From Eubacteriales bacterium (GTDB lineage Bacteria; Bacillota; Clostridia; Oscillospirales; CAG-382): 64,000 bases of DNA. Position numbers and translations under genes: made by a program. How positions within the stretch are numbered: position 1 is the first letter of the stretch; each line of letters opens with the position of its first letter. The DNA lies in assembly GCA_045593165.1 (NCBI GenBank), contig JAZNWF010000071.1, positions 5,987 through 69,986 of the forward strand, in the 5' to 3' direction. Positions 31,314 through 39,903 of the stretch are shown here, piece by piece. The notes under the pieces are model-generated. The model did no database searches. It was not told the origin of the DNA and saw only the letters and a list, made by a program, of their open reading frames with translations.

Positions 31314-32578
31314 CTCAAAACGAATATATTGAGGAAAAGGCGGAGTTTACCTCCGCTTTTTCGGAGGTTGAGCCGGAAGCAGAAGTCTTAACGGAAGAAA
31401 TCGAACAAATCGAGAATGAGAGTGAAAGAGCCGAAGATGCCGCAGACACAGAAGAAAAGCGCGGTAATTTTATAGAGCGAATCCGTAAAAGCGAATTGTT
31501 TACAACGCCGTTTAAGATATTACTGTGCACAACGCTCGCATCGTTGATCGTTTACGTCATTTCGCGCTTTGTTCCTACATTTGCAGAGCTTTGGACACGT
31601 TATCCCGCACAGTCAATACGTTTTGTGCTCGCAAAGCTGACGGGATGGATTCCGTTTTCGCTTGCGGAAACGCTTATCGTATCACTTCCTGCCTTGGCGA
31701 TTGCATACATTGTGGGTTCTACCGTATCCACAAAGCGCGACGGAAGCGACAAGAATTTCTACCGTTGGTTACGTCCGCTATTATCGGTTGTATTAGTTAT
31801 TTTGACACTGTTTTTATCTGCATTCGGTCCCGCATACGGCAGATACACGCTCGCAGAAAATTTGGATCTCGAGCAGAAAGCGGTTTCCTCCGAAGAATTA
31901 TTCTCTACGGGAATTATCGTTTCCTCAATGGCGAATTTAGAGCTCCGCGAGGTGGTATTCGACCTTTCGGGCGCATCGGTAATGCCTTATGATTATAACA
32001 CACTTGTAGACAAGATGAATAAAGCGTTCGGAAACTATGCCGAAACCGCTGACTACATTGGGCACTTTGATTCCAATCCTAAGCCGATTGCGCTTTCGGA
32101 GCCGATGACATACACGCACATTTCGGGTGTTTACACCTTTATGACGGGCGAATCCAACGTAAACACAAACTATCCCGACTTTTTAATACCATTCACTATG
32201 GCGCACGAAATGGCGCATCAGCGTGGCATCGCACGTGAGGACGAAGCAAATTTCGTTGCATTTTTGGTATGCATCAGCAGTGACGACGCGTATATACGCT
32301 ACAGCGGATATACAAATATGCTTCACTATTTAAACGGTGCGCTTTCGCGTGCCGATTCGGACAAATACGCAGTTCTTTACCGTAATTATATTCCTGCATC
32401 TATCCAAAAGGAGTTTTCGGCGTATTCAAAATTCTTCGACAAATACCGTGAAAGCGTTGCAAGCGAGGTCACAGGTGCCGTAAACAACTCATTCCTACAA
32501 TCGCAGGGACAGCAGGCGGGCACTAAGAGCTACGGCTTGGTAGTGGATCTTGCGGTTTCGTATTATAAAGCAAAATAG
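31289..32578 (+). CDS. DUF3810 domain membrane protein (putative zinc metalloprotease, HEMAHQRG)
   Basis: 429 aa. Acidic N-terminus, TM helices, and HExxH embedded in FTMAHEMAHQRGIAREDEANF, as in DUF3810 proteins. Confidence 0.8.
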   Translation: MESRNKEITQNEYIEEKAEFTSAFSEVEPEAEVLTEEIEQIENESERAEDAADTEEKRGNFIERIRKSELFTTPFKILLCTTLASLIVYVISRFVPTFAELWTRYPAQSIRFVLAKLTGWIPFSLAETLIVSLPALAIAYIVGSTVSTKRDGSDKNFYRWLRPLLSVVLVILTLFLSAFGPAYGRYTLAENLDLEQKAVSSEELFSTGIIVSSMANLELREVVFDLSGASVMPYDYNTLVDKMNKAFGNYAETADYIGHFDSNPKPIALSEPMTYTHISGVYTFMTGESNVNTNYPDFLIPFTMAHEMAHQRGIAREDEANFVAFLVCISSDDAYIRYSGYTNMLHYLNGALSRADSDKYAVLYRNYIPASIQKEFSAYSKFFDKYRESVASEVTGAVNNSFLQSQGQQAGTKSYGLVVDLAVSYYKAK

Positions 32579-32605
32579 CAAAAGGTGCTCGATTGAGCAC
32601 CTTTT

Positions 32606-33709
32606 TTATATTATAAACAGTTCGAACGAGGTAAGAACGATAAGGAATGCGAAATTCACAAGCGAGAATTTCGCGATATAGCTTACGGTTTTTCCCGGTT
32701 GGTCCTTACAGTATTCACGGAACGTGATAAGGCTTGCAAGCGAAGAAATTAACGTACCGACTCCGCCGATATTTACGCCTATAAGCAGAGATGCATAATC
32801 GTTTGTGAAATTGGAAAGCAACACCGCAGAGGGCACGTTGCTTATGAACTGGCAGGATATTACCGAAAAGAGAAGAGTATTTTTTTCGAGCAAGCCCGAC
32901 AACAGTTCTCTCACGGGCTCGATTCTTGCCATATTTCCCGCGAAGATAAAGAAGAACACAAAGGTAAGCAACAAGGGATAATCGACGTCGCGGAGCGCTT
33001 TGCGGTCCACAAACAGCAAAACCGCAGGTATGATTATCAAGCCGAGAATATACGGTATTCCTTTAAATACAATCGCTATCGAAAGAACGAAAAGCATAAG
33101 CAAAAGCGCAGTCTTCCCTTTCGGCATTGCGATCGGCGAATCCTCCTGGCTTATCGGCTCGGGCTTGATAAACAAGCAACAGATCGTAATAAGTGTGATA
33201 GACAACGCGAACGGCAGAGCCATTATTTGCAAAAATTCCATATCGGGAATAGAAAATCGCGAATAAAGGTAAAGGTTTTGCGGATTACCGAAAGGCGTAA
33301 GCATACCGCCTAAATTTGCAGAAATATTCTGCATTATAAAGGTAAATGCCATGTACTTTTCCTTGCCCGTTGTTTTTAAAACAAGGTACCCGAGCGGAAG
33401 AAAAGTAAGGAGCGCCATATCGTTCGCGATAAGCATTGAGCCGATAAACGTGATATAGACAAGCGCAAGGATAGCACTGCGTATTGTTTTGAACTTAGAT
33501 ACCAGCTTTCCTGCAAGCATATAGAAGAAATTGATATTTCTCAATGCGCACACAACCGCAAGCACACAAAACAGACAGACGAGTGTTTTAAAATCGAAAT
33601 ATCCGACATATTCACTATCTACGGGGACAAAAATCATTGTCACAACCGCTGCTACAAGAGCAATAAACATCACAGTATTCTTTTTTACAAACCCAAGAAT
33701 TGTTTGCAT
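32606..33709 (-). CDS. Anion permease, ArsB/NhaD (citrate-transporter-like) superfamily
   Basis: 367 aa, about 10 TM, with NISANLGGMLTPFGNPQNL and IGVNIGGVGTLISSLASL repeat motifs typical of this permease fold. Confidence 0.75.
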   Translation of the reverse strand: MQTILGFVKKNTVMFIALVAAVVTMIFVPVDSEYVGYFDFKTLVCLFCVLAVVCALRNINFFYMLAGKLVSKFKTIRSAILALVYITFIGSMLIANDMALLTFLPLGYLVLKTTGKEKYMAFTFIMQNISANLGGMLTPFGNPQNLYLYSRFSIPDMEFLQIMALPFALSITLITICCLFIKPEPISQEDSPIAMPKGKTALLLMLFVLSIAIVFKGIPYILGLIIIPAVLLFVDRKALRDVDYPLLLTFVFFFIFAGNMARIEPVRELLSGLLEKNTLLFSVISCQFISNVPSAVLLSNFTNDYASLLIGVNIGGVGTLISSLASLITFREYCKDQPGKTVSYIAKFSLVNFAFLIVLTSFELFII

Positions 33710-33754
33710 ATACTTTTCCCTGTCTTTTTGTTTGGCAATAATTTCACGATGCGC

Positions 33755-33783
33755 ATTATATCACTATACAGCATATTCTGCAA
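33755..33783 (-). promoter_or_regulatory. Sigma-70-type promoter for the permease gene
   Basis: Minus strand reads TTGCAG, 17 nt, then TGaTATAAT (extended -10), about 45 nt upstream of the ATG at 33709. Confidence 0.7.
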
Positions 33784-33796
33784 TCGCAAACATTAA

Positions 33797-33826
33797 CAAA
33801 AAAGAACCGCCGAAACGGTTCTTTTA
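33797..33826. terminator. Hairpin plus T-run (second terminator downstream of tRNA-Thr)
   Basis: aagaaccg/cggttctt 8-bp stem with T-runs on both strands. Confidence 0.6.
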
Positions 33827-33890
33827 TGTATGTTTTAGGACGACAGTCCTCCGGACTGCTTATTATACCCCTTCAAATCTCTTCAGAATA

Positions 33891-33927
33891 AAAACAAAAC
33901 GACGGGACTTGCCCGTCGTTTTGTTTT
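33891..33927 (-). terminator. Intrinsic terminator directly after tRNA-Thr
   Basis: aaaacaaaacgacggg / cccgtcgttttgtttt long palindromic hairpin abutting the CCA end of the tRNA. Confidence 0.85.
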
Positions 33928-34002
33928 TGGAGCTGGTGGAGGGATTTGAACCCTCGGCCTATTGATTACGAATCAATTGCGCTACCCCTGCGCCACACCA
34001 GC
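33928..34002 (-). tRNA. tRNA-Thr (anticodon CGU)
   Basis: Hand-folded cloverleaf: acceptor GCTGGTG/CACCAGC, D arm GCGC-AGGGGTA-GCGC, anticodon arm ATTGA-TTCGTAA-TCAAT, T arm GAGGG-TTCAAAT-CCCTC, encoded CCA. Confidence 0.93.
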
Positions 34003-34032
34003 ACAGCACCCACAACTGCAGGCGCGAAATGG

Positions 34033-34061
34033 ATTATAACATTTTATTTTCGAATTGTCAA
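34033..34061 (-). promoter_or_regulatory. Consensus sigma-70 promoter for tRNA-Thr
   Basis: Minus strand reads TTGACA, 17 nt, TATAAT, about 30 nt upstream of the tRNA 5' end. Confidence 0.8.
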
Positions 34062-34068
34062 TATATAA

Positions 34069-35067
34069 TTATAATGCGCTGTAAAATTCACCCTTTAAGC
34101 GTATGGGCGGAATTTCCACATGCTTATTCTTCATCGGAAGAAGAACAACAATTCCGATAAGAAGGACTATCGTAACAGCTAATCCTCCTTCGGGACCGAA
34201 GCTTCCGCCATTGAACAGTATGCTTTCGCCGATATAATTAGTACTGAACAGCGTTTCGCCGCTTAAAGATCCGCTGACCTTACAGCCAAAGATATTACCC
34301 TGTGCGAAATTCCATATCGAATGTATTGCGCCGATACCCCATATGCTTCCTCTGCGTAGAAAATACAACGCCGCAAATACGCCGAAAAGAAACAGATTAA
34401 TAATTCCCATTATGCTGATTCCGTTGTTGGCAAGGTGTAAGAACGCGAACGTTGCCGAGCTGGCAAATACAGAAATCGCAACGCTTGATGTATAGCTTCC
34501 CGAAACAAAGAAGAAACCGCGTAAAAGCACCTCTTCGCTCATACCCTGTACTAAAAAACCAGCAAAGAAAAGCAATATCATCGGAACCGAAACATCGTAA
34601 TTGAATTCGGTTATCTCTGCCTGACCGCTTAAAAGCATTATTCCGTAAGCAGCAGAGAACATCAACAAACCGATTCCGAGTCCCGAAAGATATTCAGACA
34701 CTGCGCCCTTTTTGAAAAAGCCGAGTGAGCAAGCGCGTCTGCGCTCGAAACGCGTACAGTAAAACAAGGTGGCAATTATCATACCGGCTGTTGCAATTAA
34801 CGATACAGCGTCCATCCATACGGGCATAAACTCATATACCGCATCCACCAACACGTCGGCATCTGTAACACCCGATTCCATTAAAAGTGTTAGTTCCTCA
34901 CTCGTGAAGATATAGTATTGCATCGGAACCATCAACAACGCGCCACTCAACATAGATCCGAGAAAATATATTAATATGAACATTAACGCTATTGTGAAAA
35001 AACTCCTGCGCTTCGATGTGAGCCTTGCTTCCTCGATAGCGGCAGTAGTATTAAAAACCTTTTCCAT
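34069..35067 (-). CDS. CPBP family intramembrane glutamic endopeptidase (CAAX protease-like)
   Basis: 332 aa, multi-TM. EEVLLRGFFF (motif 1), FAFLH (motif 2) and HSIWN (motif 3). Confidence 0.85.
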   Translation of the reverse strand: MEKVFNTTAAIEEARLTSKRRSFFTIALMFILIYFLGSMLSGALLMVPMQYYIFTSEELTLLMESGVTDADVLVDAVYEFMPVWMDAVSLIATAGMIIATLFYCTRFERRRACSLGFFKKGAVSEYLSGLGIGLLMFSAAYGIMLLSGQAEITEFNYDVSVPMILLFFAGFLVQGMSEEVLLRGFFFVSGSYTSSVAISVFASSATFAFLHLANNGISIMGIINLFLFGVFAALYFLRRGSIWGIGAIHSIWNFAQGNIFGCKVSGSLSGETLFSTNYIGESILFNGGSFGPEGGLAVTIVLLIGIVVLLPMKNKHVEIPPIRLKGEFYSAL

Positions 35068-35150
35068 GTCAAAAACCCTTTAATTCAAGAATAATTAATT
35101 GTAGCATACAAAAAAATAAAAGTCAATTACCGTGATATGTCAAAAAACAC

Positions 35151-35179
35151 TTGCATTTGTTAAAATCGTGTGATATAAT
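35151..35179 (+). promoter_or_regulatory. Sigma-70-type promoter for tRNA-Leu
   Basis: TTGCAT, 17 nt, TATAAT, about 30 nt upstream of the tRNA 5' end. Confidence 0.75.
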
Positions 35180-35210
35180 ACCCCTTGCGTGAGAAAATCA
35201 TGCATCAATT

Positions 35211-35297
35211 GCCGGAATGATGGAATTGGCAGACGTGCTGGACTCAAAATCCAGTGGTAGCGATACCGTGCGGGTTCGACCCCCGCTTCCGGCACCA
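35211..35297 (+). tRNA. tRNA-Leu (anticodon CAA)
   Basis: Hand-folded: acceptor GCCGGAA/TTCCGGC, anticodon arm CTGGA-CTCAAAA-TCCAG, long variable arm, T arm GCGGG-TTCGACC-CCCGC, encoded CCA. Confidence 0.92.
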
Positions 35298-35300
35298 AAA
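35277..35300 (+). repeat. Direct repeat copy 1 (3' end of tRNA-Leu)
   Basis: cgacccccgcttccggcaccaaaa, identical to 35433-35456. Confidence 0.9.
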
Positions 35301-35303
35301 CAA

Positions 35304-35336
35304 AGAACGAGGTTTTTACCTCGTTTTTTGTTTTTT
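35304..35336 (+). terminator. Intrinsic terminator after tRNA-Leu
   Basis: aacgagg-ttttta-cctcgtt hairpin followed by TTTTTTGTTTTTT. Confidence 0.8.
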
Positions 35337-35354
35337 ATGTCAGAAAAATAAACT

Positions 35355-35442
35355 GCGGGGTGTCGAAGGGCGCGTGTTGAATGACGTACCGGTGGCACGT
35401 CAGACCGCGCCACAGCTCCGTCCGCAGACGGGCGACCCCCGC
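35355..35442 (+). other. GC-rich nested-hairpin element of unknown function
   Basis: Closing stem gcggggtgtcg/cgacccccgc. Inner stems ggcgcg/cgcgcc, tgacgt/acgtca and ccgtc/gacgg. Its 3' strand is part of the tRNA-Leu repeat copy 2. No ORF and no promoter seen. Confidence 0.45.
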
Positions 35443-35456
35443 TTCCGGCACCAAAA
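35433..35456 (+). repeat. Direct repeat copy 2 (orphan duplicate of the tRNA-Leu 3' end)
   Basis: Exact 24-nt match to 35277-35300. No matching 5' acceptor strand upstream, so it is not a functional tRNA. Confidence 0.9.
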
Positions 35457-35490
35457 ACAAAAAGAGTCCGTTCAGGACTCTTTTTGTTTT
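35457..35490. terminator. Bidirectional terminator (overlaps the cca stop codon)
   Basis: agagtcc/ggactct stem flanked by an A-run and a T-run. Confidence 0.75.
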
Positions 35491-36632
35491 ATGTATGACA
35501 GCAAAGCTTCTTTTTTATTTTCTACAAGGTCTGACAAAACGAGCGAAAGGAGATATTCCTTTGCTTTAGATATTTCCTTTCCCTCGATTCCCATCGACAT
35601 AAGATCATTACCATTTATATCGAGCTCGTGTACAAAGATACATCTACCTTCATCGAGCAGCTTTTCTGCTATATTATCCGAATCCTCATTATACAGCGCG
35701 TGGCGATATGAAACGACATCCAATGCGTCTTTCCTGTTACCGTATGATGAGATATACATTTTTAGTTCATATATGTCCTGTGGAACCGGGGACGACGAAA
35801 GAAGCATATCCACTCTGCGCTTTGTTTCGTTATCGGCTCGCAAATACGAAAGCGCTGACAACGATTTTTCTTTACACACGTACGCAATCCGCATTGCAAA
35901 ATCGTTTGGTAAACAGTAAAGACGCGTAATATCATTCGATATCGGGAATATCGGCGAAAGAGCATCGCGGTAATTTACGATCACATTCAATGCGAAATCA
36001 CCGCAAAGCAATTTTTTCAGTTCTGTATACACTCGCTCGGGCGAAACCCGTTGAAGTGTTGGTGCAAGCTCGTGCACGGCAAATGACGTTTCCCTTTCGA
36101 GCTCGAATCCAAGCGTCGCCGAAAAGCGCAGAGCTCGCAATATACGTAGCGCATCCTCGGAAAAACGGATTTTTGCATCGCCGACAGCACGGATGATTTG
36201 AGATTTTATATCCTTAACTCCGCGATGCGTATCCACGATCCCTCTTTTATGAGAATATGCGATAGCGTTCATAGTAAAATCGCGGCGTGCAAGGTCTTCA
36301 TCTAAATTTCTTACAAATGAAACGTTATCCGGGTGGCGCGAATCGGTATAGCCTGATTCGGTTCGGTAGGTCGTTACCTCGTACGCAATATGGTCGAGCA
36401 CCACGGCAACCGTACCATGTTTTATGCCCGTTTCGATAACCGCGTGATCGGAAAACACAGTTTTGGTTTCCTGCGGTAGCGCGGACGTTGTTATATCGTA
36501 ATCGGTAACCTTTCTTCCGAGTATGCTATCGCGCACACAACCACCGACGGCAAATGCCTCGAAGCCCGATTCCTCGAGCTTATTTATGATATATTCTGTA
36601 TTTTTATCTAGCTCGATATACATTACCGTCAC
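35472..36632 (-). CDS. cca: CCA-adding tRNA nucleotidyltransferase
   Basis: 386 aa. GGCVRDSILGRKVTDYDITT polymerase-beta head motif and RRDFTMNA. Confidence 0.9.
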   Translation of the reverse strand: MTVMYIELDKNTEYIINKLEESGFEAFAVGGCVRDSILGRKVTDYDITTSALPQETKTVFSDHAVIETGIKHGTVAVVLDHIAYEVTTYRTESGYTDSRHPDNVSFVRNLDEDLARRDFTMNAIAYSHKRGIVDTHRGVKDIKSQIIRAVGDAKIRFSEDALRILRALRFSATLGFELERETSFAVHELAPTLQRVSPERVYTELKKLLCGDFALNVIVNYRDALSPIFPISNDITRLYCLPNDFAMRIAYVCKEKSLSALSYLRADNETKRRVDMLLSSSPVPQDIYELKMYISSYGNRKDALDVVSYRHALYNEDSDNIAEKLLDEGRCIFVHELDINGNDLMSMGIEGKEISKAKEYLLSLVLSDLVENKKEALLSYIKQKES

Positions 36633-36719
36633 CGCCTTTCAGTGAAAATATAATATCACACAAATTCTTTTTATGCAACAATGCATTTTTTCAAATCGGT
36701 TATAATAGATTTGTAACGG

Positions 36720-38015
36720 GTGAAGAAAATGAGGGAGTTAGCGATCATAATACTCTTTAGTGTGTTTCTTACGGGTTGCACGGCTTATGCGGCGGAAACG
36801 GACAAGCCGGAATATTGGAAAAACGCAAATTATCACGTTTCAAAGTTCAAAGCGGACAGCGTATCTAACGATGCTTTATTACAAGCAGACGATTTTCTAA
36901 ATGGGATATGGATATCGCAATTTGATATGCACCCTATCCTTCGTAACGGCAACAAGCAACGCGGACAAGCGGAGTTTGAGGCTTTAGCGGAAACGGTGAT
37001 TACAAACCTGAAGCGCGACGGGTTTGACACGGTATTCTTACAGGTGCGTCCGAACGGCGACAGCTTGTACGAAAGCGAAATATACCCTGCGTCTAGATAT
37101 ATAGCAGGTACCTACGGCGGAAACATTGAATACGACGCAGTTGAGATATTCTTAAACCAAGCGTACGATGTTGGCATTTCAGTGCACGCGTGGATAAACC
37201 CATTCAGACTTTGCTACGAAGAAGAGCTTATACATTATGGGCGCGGTATCTTTTACGAATGGTACACAGAGGGTATCGGAAAACGGATAGAGCGTTCACC
37301 GGACGGTATTTTGTATCTTGACCCTGCTTACACAGAAGCTACGGAAATAATCGTTTCGGGTGTTACTGAAATATTGAAGCGATATAGTTTCGACGGTATA
37401 CACATAGACGATTATTTTTATCCTACAGAGTTCGAATTCCAAGATGACGAAGAATTTTTCAAAAGTGCATACGTAAACAAGGGCGATTTCCGCAGAGCAA
37501 ACATCGACCGTACGGTACAAGCCTTATATCGCGCTACACATGAATTCGAAAACAAAATTTTCGGCGTTGCGCCTGCAGGCAACATATATTCTCTATCGAA
37601 CGGTTGGTACGTAGATATTTACAAATGGTGCGAAAACGACGGATATATTGATTACATTATGCCACAATTATATTACGGGTTTGAAAACGCAACCTGCCCG
37701 TTTGACGAGGTACTTGAAGATTGGGTAAGTGCCGTTAAAAACGAAAGCATTAAGCTATACATAGGTCTTTCGGCGGCAAAATGCGCTTTGGGAAGCAAGG
37801 GTGAGCCAGATATTTATGCAGGCACAAACGGAAAATTCGAGTGGCGCGACAACAAGGATATTCTCGCGCGGTCGCTTGAGCTTATACAGGAAAAAGCAAA
37901 CGGTTTTTGCATTTTTTCCTATTCCTCGTTTTATGACCCTATAACAGGCGAAGACAACGATTTAACAATTGACGAAAAGGAAGCATTTATTGAAGTAATA
38001 AAAAAGGAGTCGTAA
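36720..38015 (+). CDS. Glycoside-hydrolase-like lipoprotein (GH10-like / DUF187, YngK family)
   Basis: 431 aa. Lipobox FLTGC. TIM-barrel-like segments (VFLQVRP.GDS.Y, HAWINPF, GIHIDDYFYP) as in the family annotated as family 10 glycosylhydrolase. Confidence 0.75.
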   Translation: MKKMRELAIIILFSVFLTGCTAYAAETDKPEYWKNANYHVSKFKADSVSNDALLQADDFLNGIWISQFDMHPILRNGNKQRGQAEFEALAETVITNLKRDGFDTVFLQVRPNGDSLYESEIYPASRYIAGTYGGNIEYDAVEIFLNQAYDVGISVHAWINPFRLCYEEELIHYGRGIFYEWYTEGIGKRIERSPDGILYLDPAYTEATEIIVSGVTEILKRYSFDGIHIDDYFYPTEFEFQDDEEFFKSAYVNKGDFRRANIDRTVQALYRATHEFENKIFGVAPAGNIYSLSNGWYVDIYKWCENDGYIDYIMPQLYYGFENATCPFDEVLEDWVSAVKNESIKLYIGLSAAKCALGSKGEPDIYAGTNGKFEWRDNKDILARSLELIQEKANGFCIFSYSSFYDPITGEDNDLTIDEKEAFIEVIKKES

Positions 38016-38036
38016 ATCAACTCCGCATTATAATTT

Positions 38037-38070
38037 TTAAGCCTCGGTATATCCAATCACCGAGGCTTAA
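38037..38070. terminator. Strong hairpin between convergent genes
   Basis: Perfect 12-bp stem ttaagcctcggt/accgaggcttaa. The U-tract is weak on both strands. Confidence 0.55.
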
Positions 38071-38073
38071 TCT

Positions 38074-39228
38074 TTATCCGTTAGATTCAAGTTCTATCAG
38101 CACGTTGCCTTTTATATCATATACCTTAATTAATTCTTTATCTTGTACCGATACAGTATCACCGCAAATAGTAAATTGCTCGTATTCGCCGAATTCCTCG
38201 AACTCATATTCTTTTATTAATTCAAACTCGCTTGTAAATACCTTGAGTGAGCCTTTTTGACAGACGATAAGGTATTTCCCAAAGAAAAAAGCATTATCAT
38301 AACCATATTCGTTTATAGCAAATGCTATTACCTTTTCGTTGCTACCGTTATAGATATTGATTCTTGATATTTCGACATAACCGTCATAATACTCATAGAA
38401 ATATACATAATCGTTTCTTACCCCGACAAATTGCACGCGGTTGGGAATCAACATCTTTTCTTCACCATCTGCAAATTTCACCCACATACTATCGTCGTCT
38501 TTTAAATAAAGGTCGTTATTTCCATATTCATATAGTGGACAAATCTGGGCTTCCCGTTTATCGGTGCCATCGTAGTTTGATGTATACAGAATTTCATCTT
38601 CGTAAAAATATATACAATCTTTCGAAAAAGTAAAGCCATATGCATTTTCAAGCAGCTTCTTATTTGTGCCATCGCGAAAAAATTCAGCATAGTACCATTC
38701 GCCGTCGTGGCAACATCCGAGAGCATCATCATAATATCCAAACAGTCTTCCGTTATTTTCGTGCAGTTCAAAAGCCTTAGGATAGTATTCTTTTTTGACT
38801 CCTTTCTCAAAACGGTAACATCCGTGATCTAAATGATCGGTTTCTTCATTGTAATCGTAACGATGAACATAAGAATTATCCCCAAAATAAGTATAGTAAC
38901 TATTGTACGAATCAGGTGTTCCTAACCAATCGGCAACATATCCGTTTTCATCTATTGCGGTATCTTCAAACGAGATGTGCTCTACTTCATAACGATAGAT
39001 CCCATCTACAAATGCAAGATTTTCGGGTTTCGACTCTTCGGGTTTTGACTCTTCCGATTTGGAATCTTCCGGTTTTGATTCGTTGGAAGTCGCATCGATG
39101 TTACTTTCACTTTCAGAAGGAGATACGATGGAATCCGTTTTATCGGTTGACGGAATGTTTTCTGATTTGCAACAGGATACGGAAAAGATAAATGAGATAA
39201 TGAGAATAAATGCACTTATTTTTTTCAT
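38074..39228 (-). CDS. Hypothetical lipoprotein with acidic pentapeptide linker and Tyr/Asp-rich globular region
   Basis: 384 aa. Signal peptide plus lipobox-like SVSCC, (E/D)SKPE repeats, then a Y/D/E-rich body of unknown fold. Confidence 0.65.
   Translation of the reverse strand: MKKISAFILIISFIFSVSCCKSENIPSTDKTDSIVSPSESESNIDATSNESKPEDSKSEESKPEESKPENLAFVDGIYRYEVEHISFEDTAIDENGYVADWLGTPDSYNSYYTYFGDNSYVHRYDYNEETDHLDHGCYRFEKGVKKEYYPKAFELHENNGRLFGYYDDALGCCHDGEWYYAEFFRDGTNKKLLENAYGFTFSKDCIYFYEDEILYTSNYDGTDKREAQICPLYEYGNNDLYLKDDDSMWVKFADGEEKMLIPNRVQFVGVRNDYVYFYEYYDGYVEISRINIYNGSNEKVIAFAINEYGYDNAFFFGKYLIVCQKGSLKVFTSEFELIKEYEFEEFGEYEQFTICGDTVSVQDKELIKVYDIKGNVLIELESNG
39022..39081 (-). repeat. 4 x 15-nt imperfect tandem repeat (coding)
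   Basis: ttcgggtttcgactc / ttcgggttttgactc / ttccgatttggaatc / ttccggttttgattc encode ESKPE-DSKSE-ESKPE-ESKPE on the minus strand. Confidence 0.85.
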
Positions 39229-39294
39229 AAAAAACCTCCCAAAAACGTCTTTTCACCTATATAGACGTATTTTGGGAGTAAAATGTCACATTTT

Positions 39295-39681
39295 TTATAA
39301 AAGTTTTTTTGTTTTTGCGTAAGTTTTTTCAATAAAGCGTTCGGAATTGACGGTAAAACGTTCGTGCATACCCTCGCCGATTATTCCCGATTCGTCGGAC
39401 GCGGTTACCTTGAAGACGAATTTCCTGCCCTCGTGCGACAGAAGTTCGGCTGTTGCGCTGACATTCATTCCGACAGGGGTTGCGGCTACGTGGCTTACGT
39501 TCAGCATCGTGCCTACCGTTGTTTCGCCATCGTTAAGAATGCTTGACACGGCTTCACACGCCGCTTTTTCCATAAGTGCGAGCATTGCGGGTGTTGCATA
39601 CACCTTTAAGCTTCCGCTACCTATTGAAAGCGCTGTATTGGATTCGGTTACCATTTCAAAAACTGTTGCTTTTATTTCCAT
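39295..39681 (-). CDS. Hotdog-fold thioesterase (FlK-like family)
   Basis: GSGSLKVYATPAMLALMEKAACEAV ... VSHVAATPVGMNVSATAELL..GRKFVFKVTA..ESGIIGEGMHERF matches the small thioesterase family. Start set at MEIKATV. Confidence 0.8.
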   Translation of the reverse strand: MEIKATVFEMVTESNTALSIGSGSLKVYATPAMLALMEKAACEAVSSILNDGETTVGTMLNVSHVAATPVGMNVSATAELLSHEGRKFVFKVTASDESGIIGEGMHERFTVNSERFIEKTYAKTKKLL

Positions 39682-39783
39682 AACTATTCCCTTTTTTACT
39701 GTTTTTTTATATGATATCAAAGCCTTGATGCTCTGTCAAGAAAAAGAAAATGATATATCCTATGAAAAATTTTTAAAAAAGGG

Positions 39784-39812
39784 TTGACAATTTTGGTTGG
39801 TTGTTATAGACT
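39784..39812 (+). promoter_or_regulatory. Candidate promoter for the blaI/blaR1-like operon
   Basis: TTGACA, 17 nt, TAGACT (alternatively a 15-nt spacer to TATAGA). The -10 is imperfect. Confidence 0.5.
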
Positions 39813-39827
39813 AACATCAGAGGTTGG

Positions 39828-39863
39828 CGATTACAAACCGAACGGTACCACGGAATGTAATCG
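39828..39863. promoter_or_regulatory. 36-nt imperfect palindrome with TACA/TGTA cores (candidate BlaI-family operator)
   Basis: cgATTACAaaccg-N10-cggaaTGTAATcg, arms matching 11/13, located between the promoter and the blaI-like start. Confidence 0.5.
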
Positions 39864-39903
39864 GCGACTGTGTGCACACAAATTATTCACAAGAGGTATT
39901 ATT

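Noticed and set aside
35211-35456. Integrated mobile element or prophage at tRNA-Leu
   Set aside because: Only the 24-nt repeat and about 130 bp of spacer are present. There is no integrase, excisionase or cargo gene, so I report it as a possible scar and not as a mobile element.
35254-35919. 221-aa plus-strand ORF and 71-aa minus-strand ORF (35198-35413) across the tRNA-Leu region
   Set aside because: They overlap a tRNA gene, two terminators and the antisense of cca. The translation is low-complexity (S/R/F-rich).
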